A stretch of DNA of 64,000 bases from Vicinamibacterales bacterium (GTDB lineage Bacteria; Acidobacteriota; Vicinamibacteria; Vicinamibacterales; UBA8438), in the NCBI GenBank assembly GCA_963665465.1, contig OY762226.1, forward strand, positions 5,061,177 to 5,125,176, read 5' to 3'. Under the pieces are notes generated by a model. The model worked only from the letters and a program-made list of their open reading frames with translations. It did no database searches and was not told where the DNA came from. This document shows positions 1 through 8,816 of the stretch, in pieces; position 1 is the stretch's first letter, and every line of letters begins with the position of its first letter. Both the position numbers and the translations under genes were made by a program.

Positions 1-474
1 CTCGGCGAGCTCTTCCACGGGGGCGCGGCCGGCGTCGAGGCGCAGGTGCGCGAACGAGTACGCGGCGCGGCGCGTGTCGAACAGGGCCCGCAGGGTCGTG
101 CGGTCGGTCGCCAGCGGCCGGCGCCCGTCGGGCGGGAGCCGCTCGATCACCTGCTCGAACGGCACGTCGAGCCAGATCGAGGCGCCGTCCCGGTTGATGA
201 CGCTGCGGTTGTCGGCTTCCGCGAACGTGCCGCCGCCCGTGGCCACGATCGTGTGGCGCTCGGCGAGCAGGTCGCGCAGGACCGTCCGTTCCAGCGCCCG
301 GAAGTACGGCTCGCCGCGGCGCGCGAAGATCTCGGCAATCGACCGGCGCTCGCGCGACGCTATCAGCTCGTCGATGTCCTCGCTCCGCCACCCCAGGCGG
401 GACCCGAGCGCGCGCGCGACCGTCGACTTGCCGGCGCCCATGAAGCCGACCAGATAGATCTTGTCCGTTCTCAC
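1..474 (-). CDS. aroK: shikimate kinase, 3' end cut by window edge
   Basis: Own reverse-strand translation from GTG at 474 reads VRTDKIYLVGFMGAGKSTVARALGSRLGW... with the P-loop GxxGxGKST. GTGA start/stop overlap with the aroA stop (471-473). Missing from the ORF track because no stop lies in the window. Confidence 0.8.
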   Translation of the reverse strand, partial: MRTDKIYLVGFMGAGKSTVARALGSRLGWRSEDIDELIASRERRSIAEIFARRGEPYFRALERTVLRDLLAERHTIVATGGGTFAEADNRSVINRDGASIWLDVPFEQVIERLPPDGRRPLATDRTTLRALFDTRRAAYSFAHLRLDAGRAPVEELAE

Positions 475-1808
475 GCGTGGCGAGACTCCTCGCAAATCGA
501 TTCGAGCGTGGCGAAGAACTCGGGGTACGACACCTCCACCACCTCGTGGCCCGCGATCGTCGTCGGGCCGCCGGCGCCCAGCGCGGCGATCGCGAACGCC
601 ATCGCCATGCGGTGGTCGCCGGCCGCGTCGACCGTCCCGCCGGTCAGCCGGGCCGGGCGCACGCTGAAGCCGTCCGGCCGCTCGTCCACGGCGCCGCCCA
701 GCGCGCGCAGACCCGCCGCCAGCACCGCGATGCGGTCGCTCTCCTTGGCCCGCAGCTCGGCGGCGCCGCTCACGTGCAGCGTGGCGCCGTGCGCCGCCAG
801 CGCCGCCAGCGCGGGCAGCTCGTCGATCAACCCGGGCACCTGCTGCGCCTCGACGCGCATCGGCCGCAGCGTGCGGTGGCGCACCCGTACCGTGCCGAAG
901 GGCTCGCCCGCGTCCGTGCCGGCGCGCTCGACCGCGACGTCGGCGCCCGCTGCCTCGAGCACGTCGAGAAACGCCGTGCGCGTGGGGTTGAGCCCGACGT
1001 CGACGATCTCGATGGCCGAGCCGGGCAGCGCCGCCGCGGCCGCCGCCCAGAACGCCGCCGACGACGGGTCGCCGGGCACCTGCACGACGGCCGGCTGCAG
1101 GCGCTGGCCGCCGGCGACCTCCACGCCGCCCGCCGTCCGGCCGATCCGGGCGCCGAAGGCGGGCAGCGCGCGTTCGGTGTGATCGCGAGTCCGGATGCGT
1201 TCCGTGATGCGCGTGGTGCCGGCTGCGTGCAGCCCCGCCAGCAGCGCGGCGCTCTTGACCTGCGCGCTGGCCACCGGCGTCTCGTAGGACACCCCGCGCA
1301 GCGGCGTGCCCCGGATGGTGAGCGGGGGGCGGCCGTCGGTCGTGCCGATGCGGGCTCCCATCCGCTCCAGGGGGTCGACGATGCGCTGCATCGGTCGCCG
1401 CCGCAGCGAGTCGTCCCCGGTGATGGCGCTGTCGAACGGCTGCCCGGCCAGGACGCCGGCGAGCAGCCGCATGGTGGTGCCCGAGTTGCCGGCGTCCAGG
1501 ACCGCCGTGGGCGCCTGCAGGCCGCCCGGCCCGCGGCCGTGCACCGTCACGGTTGCGGCGCCGCCCGCGGCCGGCGTCCCGGTGCGGATGTCCACCCCGA
1601 GCGCCTGCAGGCAGCGCAACGTCGCGCCGCAGTCGGCGCCGGGCGCGTAGTTGCCGATGGTGGACGTGCCCTCCGCGAGCGCCGCCAGCAGCGCGTAGCG
1701 GTGGGAGATGGACTTGTCGCCGGGCACGCGCAGGCGGCCGTGAACGCGACGCACGGGGTGGATGGTGACGGTCCTGTGACCCGCGCGGCTCACGCGCGAA
1801 CTATACAT
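471..1808 (-). CDS. aroA: 3-phosphoshikimate 1-carboxyvinyltransferase (EPSP synthase)
   Basis: ORF 471..1865(-) contains RLRVPGDKSISHRYALLAALAEGTS and LDAGNSGTTMRLLAG with full-length EPSPS layout. ATG 1808 is preferred because 1865 would leave only 8 bp to the divergent gene at 1874. Start uncertain. Confidence 0.85.
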   Translation of the reverse strand: MYSSRVSRAGHRTVTIHPVRRVHGRLRVPGDKSISHRYALLAALAEGTSTIGNYAPGADCGATLRCLQALGVDIRTGTPAAGGAATVTVHGRGPGGLQAPTAVLDAGNSGTTMRLLAGVLAGQPFDSAITGDDSLRRRPMQRIVDPLERMGARIGTTDGRPPLTIRGTPLRGVSYETPVASAQVKSAALLAGLHAAGTTRITERIRTRDHTERALPAFGARIGRTAGGVEVAGGQRLQPAVVQVPGDPSSAAFWAAAAAALPGSAIEIVDVGLNPTRTAFLDVLEAAGADVAVERAGTDAGEPFGTVRVRHRTLRPMRVEAQQVPGLIDELPALAALAAHGATLHVSGAAELRAKESDRIAVLAAGLRALGGAVDERPDGFSVRPARLTGGTVDAAGDHRMAMAFAIAALGAGGPTTIAGHEVVEVSYPEFFATLESICEESRHA

Positions 1809-1873
1809 CAGGGCCGCGGTGCGCCGATCGGTCCGACCGCGGGCGGGTATGGTACGCTGATCCAATCGCCAGC

Positions 1874-2308
1874 ATGCCCGATGCCCGCGGCGCGCTCCGC
1901 CTGGAATTCCCGAGTCGTCTCGACATGGTCGATTTCGTGCAGCTGCTCAGCGACCAGATCGGCCGCGCCATCGACCTCGACGCGGACGCGACGCATTGGG
2001 TGGGCGTGTCCGTGCGGGAGTCGGTCGTCAACGCGATTCGCCACGGCAACGCGGAGGACGAGACGAAGCGGGTCGTCGTCGAGTTCCGGCTCGAGCCCAG
2101 CGACGCGCCGGCGGAGCTGCGCGTCCGCGTGGTCGATCAGGGCGAGGGGTTCGACCCTGCGGAGGTGGCCGACTGCCTGGCGCCGGAGAACATCCTCAAG
2201 TCCAGCGGCCGCGGCATCTTCCTCATGCGCAGCTTCATGGACGCCTGCACCCTGCACCGCGCCCCCCAGGGCGGCACCGAGGTCAGGATGGTGAAGAAGC
2301 TCGGGTGA
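1874..2308 (+). CDS. RsbW/SpoIIAB-type anti-sigma factor serine kinase (HATPase_c)
   Basis: 144 aa with GHKL-type motifs ESVVNAIRHGN, DQGEGFD and SGRGIFLM. Size is typical of RsbW-like proteins. Confidence 0.6.
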   Translation: MPDARGALRLEFPSRLDMVDFVQLLSDQIGRAIDLDADATHWVGVSVRESVVNAIRHGNAEDETKRVVVEFRLEPSDAPAELRVRVVDQGEGFDPAEVADCLAPENILKSSGRGIFLMRSFMDACTLHRAPQGGTEVRMVKKLG

Positions 2309-3129
2309 TGCCGGTCGCCCCGGAGCTGCTCCAGACGGCGATCGAGATCGTCGTGCGCGCGGGCGAGATTCAGTTGGCCAGGGCCGGCCGGGGGGTGCGG
2401 ATCGACAAGAAGGGGCCCATCGATCTCGTGACCGAGGTGGATGTCGAGATCGAGCGGATGTGCCGTGCCACGCTGGCCGATCGCTTTCCGACCCACGCAG
2501 TGCTGGCCGAGGAGCTGCCGAATCCGGAGGGCGGCGCCGCCGTCCCCGAGTACCGCTGGATCTTCGACCCCATCGACGGCACGGTGAACTACGCGCACGG
2601 CCTGCCGGTCTTCTGCGCGTCGCTGGCGCTGGAGGTGGCGGGGCGGGTGGAGGCGGGGGCAGTCTACGACCCGTCGCGCGAGGAGCTCTTCGTGGGCGAG
2701 CGGGGCGCCGGGGCGCGCCTGAACGGGGTGCCGCTGGCGGTGTCGCCCGCCAGCGGCCTGCTCGACGCCATGCTGTGCACCGGCTTTCCCTACGACGTGC
2801 ACGAGACCGCCGACGAGGTGGTCGGGCTGTTCGCGGAGTTCGTGCGCCGGGCGCGGGCCGTCCGGCGGCTCGGCTCCGCCGCGCTCGACCTCTGCTACGT
2901 CGCGGCCGGCCGGCTGGACGGGTTCTGGGAGCAGCGGCTGCGCCCGTGGGACACGGCCGCCGGGGCGCTCATCGTGCAGGAGGCCGGCGGCCGGGTCACC
3001 GACCTGGACGGACAGCCCTTCACCCCGTTCGACGGCAACGTGCTGGCGTCCAACGGACCGTTGCACGGCCCGATGCTCGAGGTGGTGCGGCGCTTCGCGG
3101 CCGCCCGTTCACGAAACCGGACGGACTGA
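2308..3129 (+). CDS. suhB: inositol monophosphatase family protein (SuhB-like)
   Basis: Motifs EVDVEIE, WIFDPIDGTVNYAHG and WDTAAGALIVQEAGG. ATG 2308 overlaps the upstream TGA (gTGAtg). Confidence 0.8.
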   Translation: MPVAPELLQTAIEIVVRAGEIQLARAGRGVRIDKKGPIDLVTEVDVEIERMCRATLADRFPTHAVLAEELPNPEGGAAVPEYRWIFDPIDGTVNYAHGLPVFCASLALEVAGRVEAGAVYDPSREELFVGERGAGARLNGVPLAVSPASGLLDAMLCTGFPYDVHETADEVVGLFAEFVRRARAVRRLGSAALDLCYVAAGRLDGFWEQRLRPWDTAAGALIVQEAGGRVTDLDGQPFTPFDGNVLASNGPLHGPMLEVVRRFAAARSRNRTD

Positions 3130-3196
3130 CACCCCCCAGGGACACTTCCAGCTCCCGGCGCCCGCGTTTCACGGCGCGGACAGCGGTTGCTCCGGT

Positions 3197-3212
3197 TGGC
3201 ATCGATTGTGCT
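3197..3212 (+). promoter_or_regulatory. candidate sigma-54 (-24/-12) promoter
   Basis: TGGCATcgattGTGCT has GG and GC at the canonical spacing of TGGCAC-N5-TTGC. The -12 box is GTGC rather than TTGC. It lies about 80 nt upstream of ATG 3292. Confidence 0.3.
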
Positions 3213-3291
3213 GTTTCCCCTGACGGATGCCGAACGGCACGCCAGACGCACAGGGCGCCGGCGGGCCGCAGGCCGTTGGGTGGAGGACATC

Positions 3292-3990
3292 ATGCGAACA
3301 CGAAGCCTGCTCGTCACGGCGGCCGCGCTGGCGGCCGTGCTGCTGCCGCAGGGCGCGGCGCACGCGCAGCAGTCGCTCGCGCTCAACATCGGACACTTCA
3401 GTGTCCGCGGCGCCGATGCGCGCATCGGCGACGACGTCCTGCTCGAGAACCTCAACGTCTTCTCGTTCGAGCTGACCGAGCTGAACAGCGTCACGTTCGG
3501 CGGCGAATGGCTGATCGGCCTCGGCGATCACCTCGAAGCCGGGGTCGGGGTCGGGTACATGCGCGGCACCGCCCTGAGCACGTACACCGACTTCGTCAAC
3601 GACGACGGCACGGAAATCCTCCAGGACTTCCACCTGGAGACGGTCCCGGTGACCGGCACGCTGCGGCTGTTCCCGTTCGGCGACACGGCGGTCCGGCCGT
3701 ACATCGGCGCGGGGATCGGCGTGTTCCTCTGGCGCTACAGCGAGGTGGGGGAGTTCATCGACTTCTACGACTACAGCGTCTTTCGGGATCGGTTCGTCGC
3801 GGGCGGCGCCGACATCGGCGCCGTCGTCCTGGGCGGTGTGCGCGTGCCCCTCGGCTCGAGCCTCGCCGCCGGGGTGGAAGTGCAGTATCAACGCGCCACC
3901 GGCCGGGTCGGCGTCGATGAGGGATTCCTGGCCGAGCGGATCGATCTCGGCGGCCTCACGACCCGCTTCACCTTCCAGATCGAGTTCTGA
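3292..3990 (+). CDS. outer-membrane beta-barrel protein (OmpW/porin-like, family uncertain)
   Basis: Signal peptide MRTRSLLVTAAALAAVLLPQGAAHAQQ, alternating beta-strand pattern and C-terminal TFQIEF. Start moved from 3187 to ATG 3292 to expose the signal peptide. Confidence 0.6.
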   Translation: MRTRSLLVTAAALAAVLLPQGAAHAQQSLALNIGHFSVRGADARIGDDVLLENLNVFSFELTELNSVTFGGEWLIGLGDHLEAGVGVGYMRGTALSTYTDFVNDDGTEILQDFHLETVPVTGTLRLFPFGDTAVRPYIGAGIGVFLWRYSEVGEFIDFYDYSVFRDRFVAGGADIGAVVLGGVRVPLGSSLAAGVEVQYQRATGRVGVDEGFLAERIDLGGLTTRFTFQIEF

Positions 3991-4034
3991 CCCGGCGGTC
4001 CCGGCCCGCCGCTTCGCTATAATGCGCCGACGAG

Positions 4035-4640
4035 ATGTCCCGCATCGTCAATTGGGTGCAGACGTTCGCGCTGTCGATCGGCGGGCCGGGACTGTTCCTC
4101 GTCGCCTTCCTGGATTCCTCGTTCCTGTCCCTGCCGGAGATCAACGACCTGCTGGTCATCCTGCTGGTGATCCAGCACAAGGAGCGCATGGCGTACTACG
4201 CGCTGCTGGCCACGCTCGGGTCGCTCTCCGGATGTCTCGTCCTGTACTTCCTGGGCCGCAAGGGCGGCGAGGCGCTGGTCCGCCGCCGGTTCGGCGGTCC
4301 GCGCCTGGATCGCGCGATGGCGCTCTATCAGCGCTACGGCGTGCTGGCGGTCGCGATACCGGCGATCCTGCCCCCGCCGTCGCCGTTCAAGGTGTTCGTG
4401 CTGCTCGCCGGGGTGACCCGGCTGCCTGTCCTGCAGTTCGTCACGGCGCTCGCCCTCGCCCGCGGGCTGCGCTACTTCGGCGAAGCGTGGCTGGCGGTGC
4501 GCTACGGCGATCAGGCCATCGCGCTGCTGGAGGAAAACGGCCACACCGTGTCGCTGGTTGTGGCGGCGGTCGTGGTGGCCGCCGTGGTCGCCTACCTGTT
4601 CCTGAGCCGTCGCCGGCCGGCCGATTCGGGCGCGGCGTGA
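4035..4640 (+). CDS. YqaA/DedA (SNARE-associated) family membrane protein
   Basis: 201 aa with several TM helices; FLDSSFLSLPEINDLLVI and PPPSPFKVFVLLAGV patterns. Confidence 0.6.
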   Translation: MSRIVNWVQTFALSIGGPGLFLVAFLDSSFLSLPEINDLLVILLVIQHKERMAYYALLATLGSLSGCLVLYFLGRKGGEALVRRRFGGPRLDRAMALYQRYGVLAVAIPAILPPPSPFKVFVLLAGVTRLPVLQFVTALALARGLRYFGEAWLAVRYGDQAIALLEENGHTVSLVVAAVVVAAVVAYLFLSRRRPADSGAA

Positions 4641-5665
4641 TGAGCCGGCACGCGGCGGCCGCGCGGCCCGAGCTTTCCGTGGTCGTTCCCCTGTACAACG
4701 AAGCGCCCAACGTGGAGCGGCTGCATCAGGAGCTGACGGCGGCCCTCGCGGATCACGGCGCCTCCTACGAGCTGATCCTGGTCGACGACGGCAGCACCGA
4801 CGGCACCTTCGCCGCGCTGACCGCCCTGCACGCCGGCGACGCGCACGTCTGCCTAGTCCGTCTCAGGCGCAACTTCGGTCAGACGGCCGCGTTCGCGGCC
4901 GGCTTCGACCAGGCCCGGGGGCGGATCATCGTCACGCTGGACGGCGATCTGCAGAACGATCCGCGGGACATTCCCCGGCTGCTCGCGAAGCTCGCCGACG
5001 GGACCGAGGACAACGACATCGTCTGCGGCTGGCGGCGCGACCGGCGGGACCCGTGGCTGACGCGGCGCGTGCCGTCGTACTTCGCCAACTGGCTGATCTC
5101 GGCGACCACGGGCGTGAAGCTGCACGACTACGGCTGCTCCCTGAAGGCGTTTCGCGCGGAGGTCGTCAAGCCGCTGCGCCTGTACGGCGAGCTGCACCGG
5201 TTCATTCCGGCCATCGCCAGCGAGCAGGGCGTGCGCATCGCGGAGATGGTGGTCAACCATCGCGAGCGGCGGTTCGGCTCGTCGAAGTACGGCCTCTCGC
5301 GCACGATCCGGGTGATCTTCGACCTGGTCACGGTGAAGTTCCTGCTGAGCTACTCGACGCGGCCGCTCCAGATGTTCGGGCCGCTGGGCCTGCTGCTGGG
5401 GGCCGGCGGCGTCGCAATCACCGGCTACCTGGGCTACGTCCGCCTGTTCGGCGGCCAGTCCATCGGCGGCCGGCCGCTGCTCGTGCTGGGCATGCTGATG
5501 ATGTTCCTGGGGGTCCAGCTCGTGACGCTGGGGCTGCTGGCCGAGCTGCAGACGCGGACTTTCCACGAGTCGCAGGGGAAGCCGATCTACGCCGTCCGCG
5601 AGCTGCTCGAGAGCCGCCTCCCGAGTGACGGCGGACCGCCGGACCGCCTGCCCCTGTCGGGCTAG
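4640..5665 (+). CDS. GT2 polyprenyl-phosphate glycosyltransferase (ArnC/GtrB-like)
   Basis: VVVPLYNE, LILVDDGSTDGT and DGDLQNDP, then two C-terminal TM helices. ATG 4640 overlaps the upstream TGA. Confidence 0.75.
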   Translation: MSRHAAAARPELSVVVPLYNEAPNVERLHQELTAALADHGASYELILVDDGSTDGTFAALTALHAGDAHVCLVRLRRNFGQTAAFAAGFDQARGRIIVTLDGDLQNDPRDIPRLLAKLADGTEDNDIVCGWRRDRRDPWLTRRVPSYFANWLISATTGVKLHDYGCSLKAFRAEVVKPLRLYGELHRFIPAIASEQGVRIAEMVVNHRERRFGSSKYGLSRTIRVIFDLVTVKFLLSYSTRPLQMFGPLGLLLGAGGVAITGYLGYVRLFGGQSIGGRPLLVLGMLMMFLGVQLVTLGLLAELQTRTFHESQGKPIYAVRELLESRLPSDGGPPDRLPLSG

Positions 5666-5698
5666 GAGTCTGCGCCGTAGAACGGCGTAGACTCCTGG
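5664..5698 (+). repeat. hairpin-only module of the dispersed repeat family
   Basis: AGGAGTCTGCGCC-gtagaac-GGCGTAGACTCCTGG overlaps the TAG stop (5663-5665) of the GT2 gene. Same module at 39194-39228 and as the 5' part of the full copies. Confidence 0.7.
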
Positions 5699-5699
5699 T

Positions 5700-7675
5700 C
5701 TTAGGCCGAAGTTTCAGGGCCTGTTTCGGCCGAACTCATAGAATCGACAGGAGTTGTGGGATTTCCGGGGTGGCCTGAGGCGCGATATGTAGCCATGTAT
5801 TGTGGTGTTCATGGTGGTGCAGTAATCTTTTTATGATGGGAGACGTATGCGATAATAGGTGGACATGTATATCGAGAGCGTGCCCAACCGCTCCTCGCCG
5901 CCCGCAGTCCTCCTCCGAGAGTCCTACCGCGACGGCCGCCGCGTCAAGAAGCGCACCCTCGCCAATCTCTCCAAGCTGCCCACCGCCGCCATCGATGTGC
6001 TCCGCCGCGTCCTTCGCGGTGAGCAGCTCGTCAATCCCGACGATGCCTTCACCTGCGTCCGCAGCCTGTCACACGGCCACGTCGCTGCCGTGCTCGGCAC
6101 GCTCCAGCAACTCGGACTGCACACGCTGATCGCCCGGGGCACCAGCCGCCTCCGCGACCTCGTCCTCGCCCTCATCGTCGCCCGCGTCATCGACGCGCGG
6201 TCGAAACTGGCCACCGCCCGCGCGCTGACCGCCGAGAGCGCGGTATCCACCTTGGGCCAACTGCTCGGACTCGGCGACGTCGACCCGCATGAGCTGTATG
6301 AGGCGATGGACTGGCTGGTCGAGCGGCAAGCCGGCATCGAGCGGCGACTCGCCAAGCGGCACCTTCGAGAGCACACGCTGGTGCTCTACGACCTGACCTC
6401 CAGCTACGTGGAGGGCACCCACTGCCCGCTGGCCCAGCGCGGGCACAGCCGCGACGGCAAGAAGGGCACGTTGCAGGTCGTCTTCGGGCTGCTGTGCACG
6501 GCCGAGGGCTGCCCGGTGGCCGTCGAGGTCTTCGAGGGCTCGACGACCGACCCGCTGACGGTGGCCAGCCAGGTGGCGAAGATCCGCGACCGGTTCGGCT
6601 TGCAGCAGGTCGTGCTGGTGGGCGACCGGGGGATGCTGACGGCGGCGCGCATCCGCGAGAACCTGGCGGGCGTCGAGGGACTGCGCTGGATCACCACGCT
6701 GCGCGCACCGACCATCCGCAAGCTCGTCAACGCCGGCACGGTGACGCCGTCACTGTTCGACGAGCGGGACCTGGCCGAAGTCACCAGCGACGAGTTTCCC
6801 GGCGAGCGGCTCATCGTGTGCCGCAATCCGCTGCTGGCCGCCCAACGCCGGCGCAAGCGAGAGGAGCTGCTGGCGGCCACCGAGAAAGACCTCGAGCCCA
6901 TCGTGGCTGCGACCCGGCGCAAGAACGAACCCCTGCGCGGCGCGGCCGACATCGGCCTGCGCGTCGGGAAGGTGATCAACCGCTACAAGATGGCCAAGCA
7001 CTTCGTGACCGAGATCACCGACGAGCGCTTCACCTATCGCCGCAACGAGGAGAAGATCGCGGCCGAGCAGCAGCTCGACGGCATCTACATCGTCCGCTCC
7101 AACGTCGAGCCGGAGCGCTTCGACGCGGCGCAGACGGTCCGCGCCTACAAGGACCTGGCGAAAGTCGAGCGCGCGTTTCGCACCTTCAAGTCGGTCGACC
7201 TGAAGGTGCGGCCCCTCCACCACCGCCGAGCAGACCGGGTGCGGGCCCACGTCCTGCTGTGCATGCTGGCCTACTACGTCGAGTGGCACATGCGCCGGGC
7301 CCTCGCCCCGCTGCTCTTCGACGACCACGACCCGGCCGCGGCCGAGCAGCAACGCACGTCCGTCGTCGCCCCCGCCCGCCGCTCGCCCGCGGCGCTGGCC
7401 AAGGCAGGCCGCAAACGCACGGAAGACGACCTGCCGGTCCACAGCTTCCGCACCCTGCTCACCGACCTCGGCACGCTGGCGGCGAACACGATGCAGGTCG
7501 CTGGCGGCGACGCCACCTTCACGCTGCTGACACAGCCCACGCCGCTCCAGCGGCGCTGCTTCGAACTCCTGGGGGTGACGCCCCGAATGTAGCCAGAACA
7601 GACACTTCATGAAACCAGACAACTACCGTAAATACGGCGACTTACACGCGATCAGCGCCGAAACTTCCGCTTAGG
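5700..7675 (+). mobile_element. IS1634-like (IS4 superfamily) insertion sequence, about 1.98 kb
   Basis: Single transposase ORF. Imperfect terminal inverted repeats CTTAGGCCGAAGTTTCAGGGC (5700-5720) and reverse complement of 7655-7675, CCTAAGCGGAAGTTTCGGCGC, with 16 of 21 matching by eye. The left arm 5760-5860 is visibly AT-richer than its surroundings. It sits between the convergent 3' ends of two genes. No clear target-site duplication seen. Confidence 0.65.
5865..7592 (+). CDS. IS1634-family DDE transposase
   Basis: N-terminus MYIESVPNRSSPPAVLLRESYRDGRRVKKRTLANLSKLP and about 575 aa, matching my memory of proteins annotated as IS1634 family. GTG 5859 is an alternative start. Confidence 0.65.
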   Translation: MYIESVPNRSSPPAVLLRESYRDGRRVKKRTLANLSKLPTAAIDVLRRVLRGEQLVNPDDAFTCVRSLSHGHVAAVLGTLQQLGLHTLIARGTSRLRDLVLALIVARVIDARSKLATARALTAESAVSTLGQLLGLGDVDPHELYEAMDWLVERQAGIERRLAKRHLREHTLVLYDLTSSYVEGTHCPLAQRGHSRDGKKGTLQVVFGLLCTAEGCPVAVEVFEGSTTDPLTVASQVAKIRDRFGLQQVVLVGDRGMLTAARIRENLAGVEGLRWITTLRAPTIRKLVNAGTVTPSLFDERDLAEVTSDEFPGERLIVCRNPLLAAQRRRKREELLAATEKDLEPIVAATRRKNEPLRGAADIGLRVGKVINRYKMAKHFVTEITDERFTYRRNEEKIAAEQQLDGIYIVRSNVEPERFDAAQTVRAYKDLAKVERAFRTFKSVDLKVRPLHHRRADRVRAHVLLCMLAYYVEWHMRRALAPLLFDDHDPAAAEQQRTSVVAPARRSPAALAKAGRKRTEDDLPVHSFRTLLTDLGTLAANTMQVAGGDATFTLLTQPTPLQRRCFELLGVTPRM

Positions 7676-7679
7676 CGGG

Positions 7680-8789
7680 CTACGCGCCCGACGGGGCGGC
7701 GGTTGCCTGCAGCACAGCCGCGATGACCGCCTGCTGGCGCGCCTCCGACAGGTGGGGATGGATGGGGAGCGACAGCACCTCGCGCGCCGCGCGCTCGGCG
7801 TGCTCGAAGGTCCCGGCGCCGTACCCGAGGTCCGCGTACCCCGCCTGCAGGTGCACCGGCAGGGGATAGTGGACGCCGGTCTCCACGCCCGCCCGCGTCA
7901 GTCCGTCCCGCAGCGCGTCGCGCGCCGCCGAGCGCACGGCGTACACGTGGTGCGCATGGTCCGCATACGGCATGACCGCCGGCGTGCGGACGGCCGCGCG
8001 GAGGGCGGCGTCGTAGCGCTGCGCGAGCGTTCGCCGGATTCGCGTCCACGCGTCGAGGCGGGCCAGCTTGACGCGCAGGATCGCCGCCTGGATGGCGTCG
8101 AGGCGGTAGTTGCCGGGACGCAGGACGCGGCCGCCATGCTCCACCGGCTCCCAGCTGCGGAGCCGCCGGGCCGCGCGGGCGCGTTCGGCGTCGTTCGTGA
8201 CGATGATCCCGCCCTCGCCGGCGGCGCTCAGGTTCTTGCTCGGGTAGAAGCTGAAGCAGCTCATGTCGCCGAGCCCGCCGACGCGGCGGCCCTTGTAGCG
8301 GGCGCCGTGGGCCTGGGCGGCATCCTCGACGACGATCAGCCGGTGCCGGCGCGCCACGTCCAGGATCGGGTCCATGTCGGCGGGCTGCCCGTACAGGTGA
8401 ACCGGCACGATGGCCCGGGTCCGCTCCGTCACCGCCCGCTCGACCGCCGCCGGGTCCATGGTGAGCGCCGGCTCGGCGACGTCCACGAAGCGCACGCGCG
8501 CCCCCGTGTGCCGGATGGCCGCCGCCGTCGCCACGAAGGTGAACGGCACCGTGAGCACGTCTTCGCCGGGGCCGATCCCGCAGGCCGTCAGCGCGACGAT
8601 CAGGGCGCTCGTGCCGGAGCTCACGCCGACCGCGTGCCGCGCGTCGCAGTAGCCGGCGAACTCGTCCTCGAACGCCTCCACCTCCGGCCCCAGCGCGTAG
8701 CGGCCGCTGCGCAGCACGCGGACGGCGGCCGCTTCCACCTCGGCCCGCAGCTCCTCGTGCTGCGCCTGCAGATCGACCAGCGGGATCAC
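7680..8789 (-). CDS. DegT/DnrJ/EryC1/StrS PLP-dependent sugar aminotransferase (ArnB-like)
   Basis: 369 aa with SGTSAL, DAAQAHG and SFYPSKNL (PLP lysine) motifs. Confidence 0.85.
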   Translation of the reverse strand: MIPLVDLQAQHEELRAEVEAAAVRVLRSGRYALGPEVEAFEDEFAGYCDARHAVGVSSGTSALIVALTACGIGPGEDVLTVPFTFVATAAAIRHTGARVRFVDVAEPALTMDPAAVERAVTERTRAIVPVHLYGQPADMDPILDVARRHRLIVVEDAAQAHGARYKGRRVGGLGDMSCFSFYPSKNLSAAGEGGIIVTNDAERARAARRLRSWEPVEHGGRVLRPGNYRLDAIQAAILRVKLARLDAWTRIRRTLAQRYDAALRAAVRTPAVMPYADHAHHVYAVRSAARDALRDGLTRAGVETGVHYPLPVHLQAGYADLGYGAGTFEHAERAAREVLSLPIHPHLSEARQQAVIAAVLQATAAPSGA

Positions 8790-8816
8790 GATGCGCGCTC
8801 CGGCACGGGTCGGATT

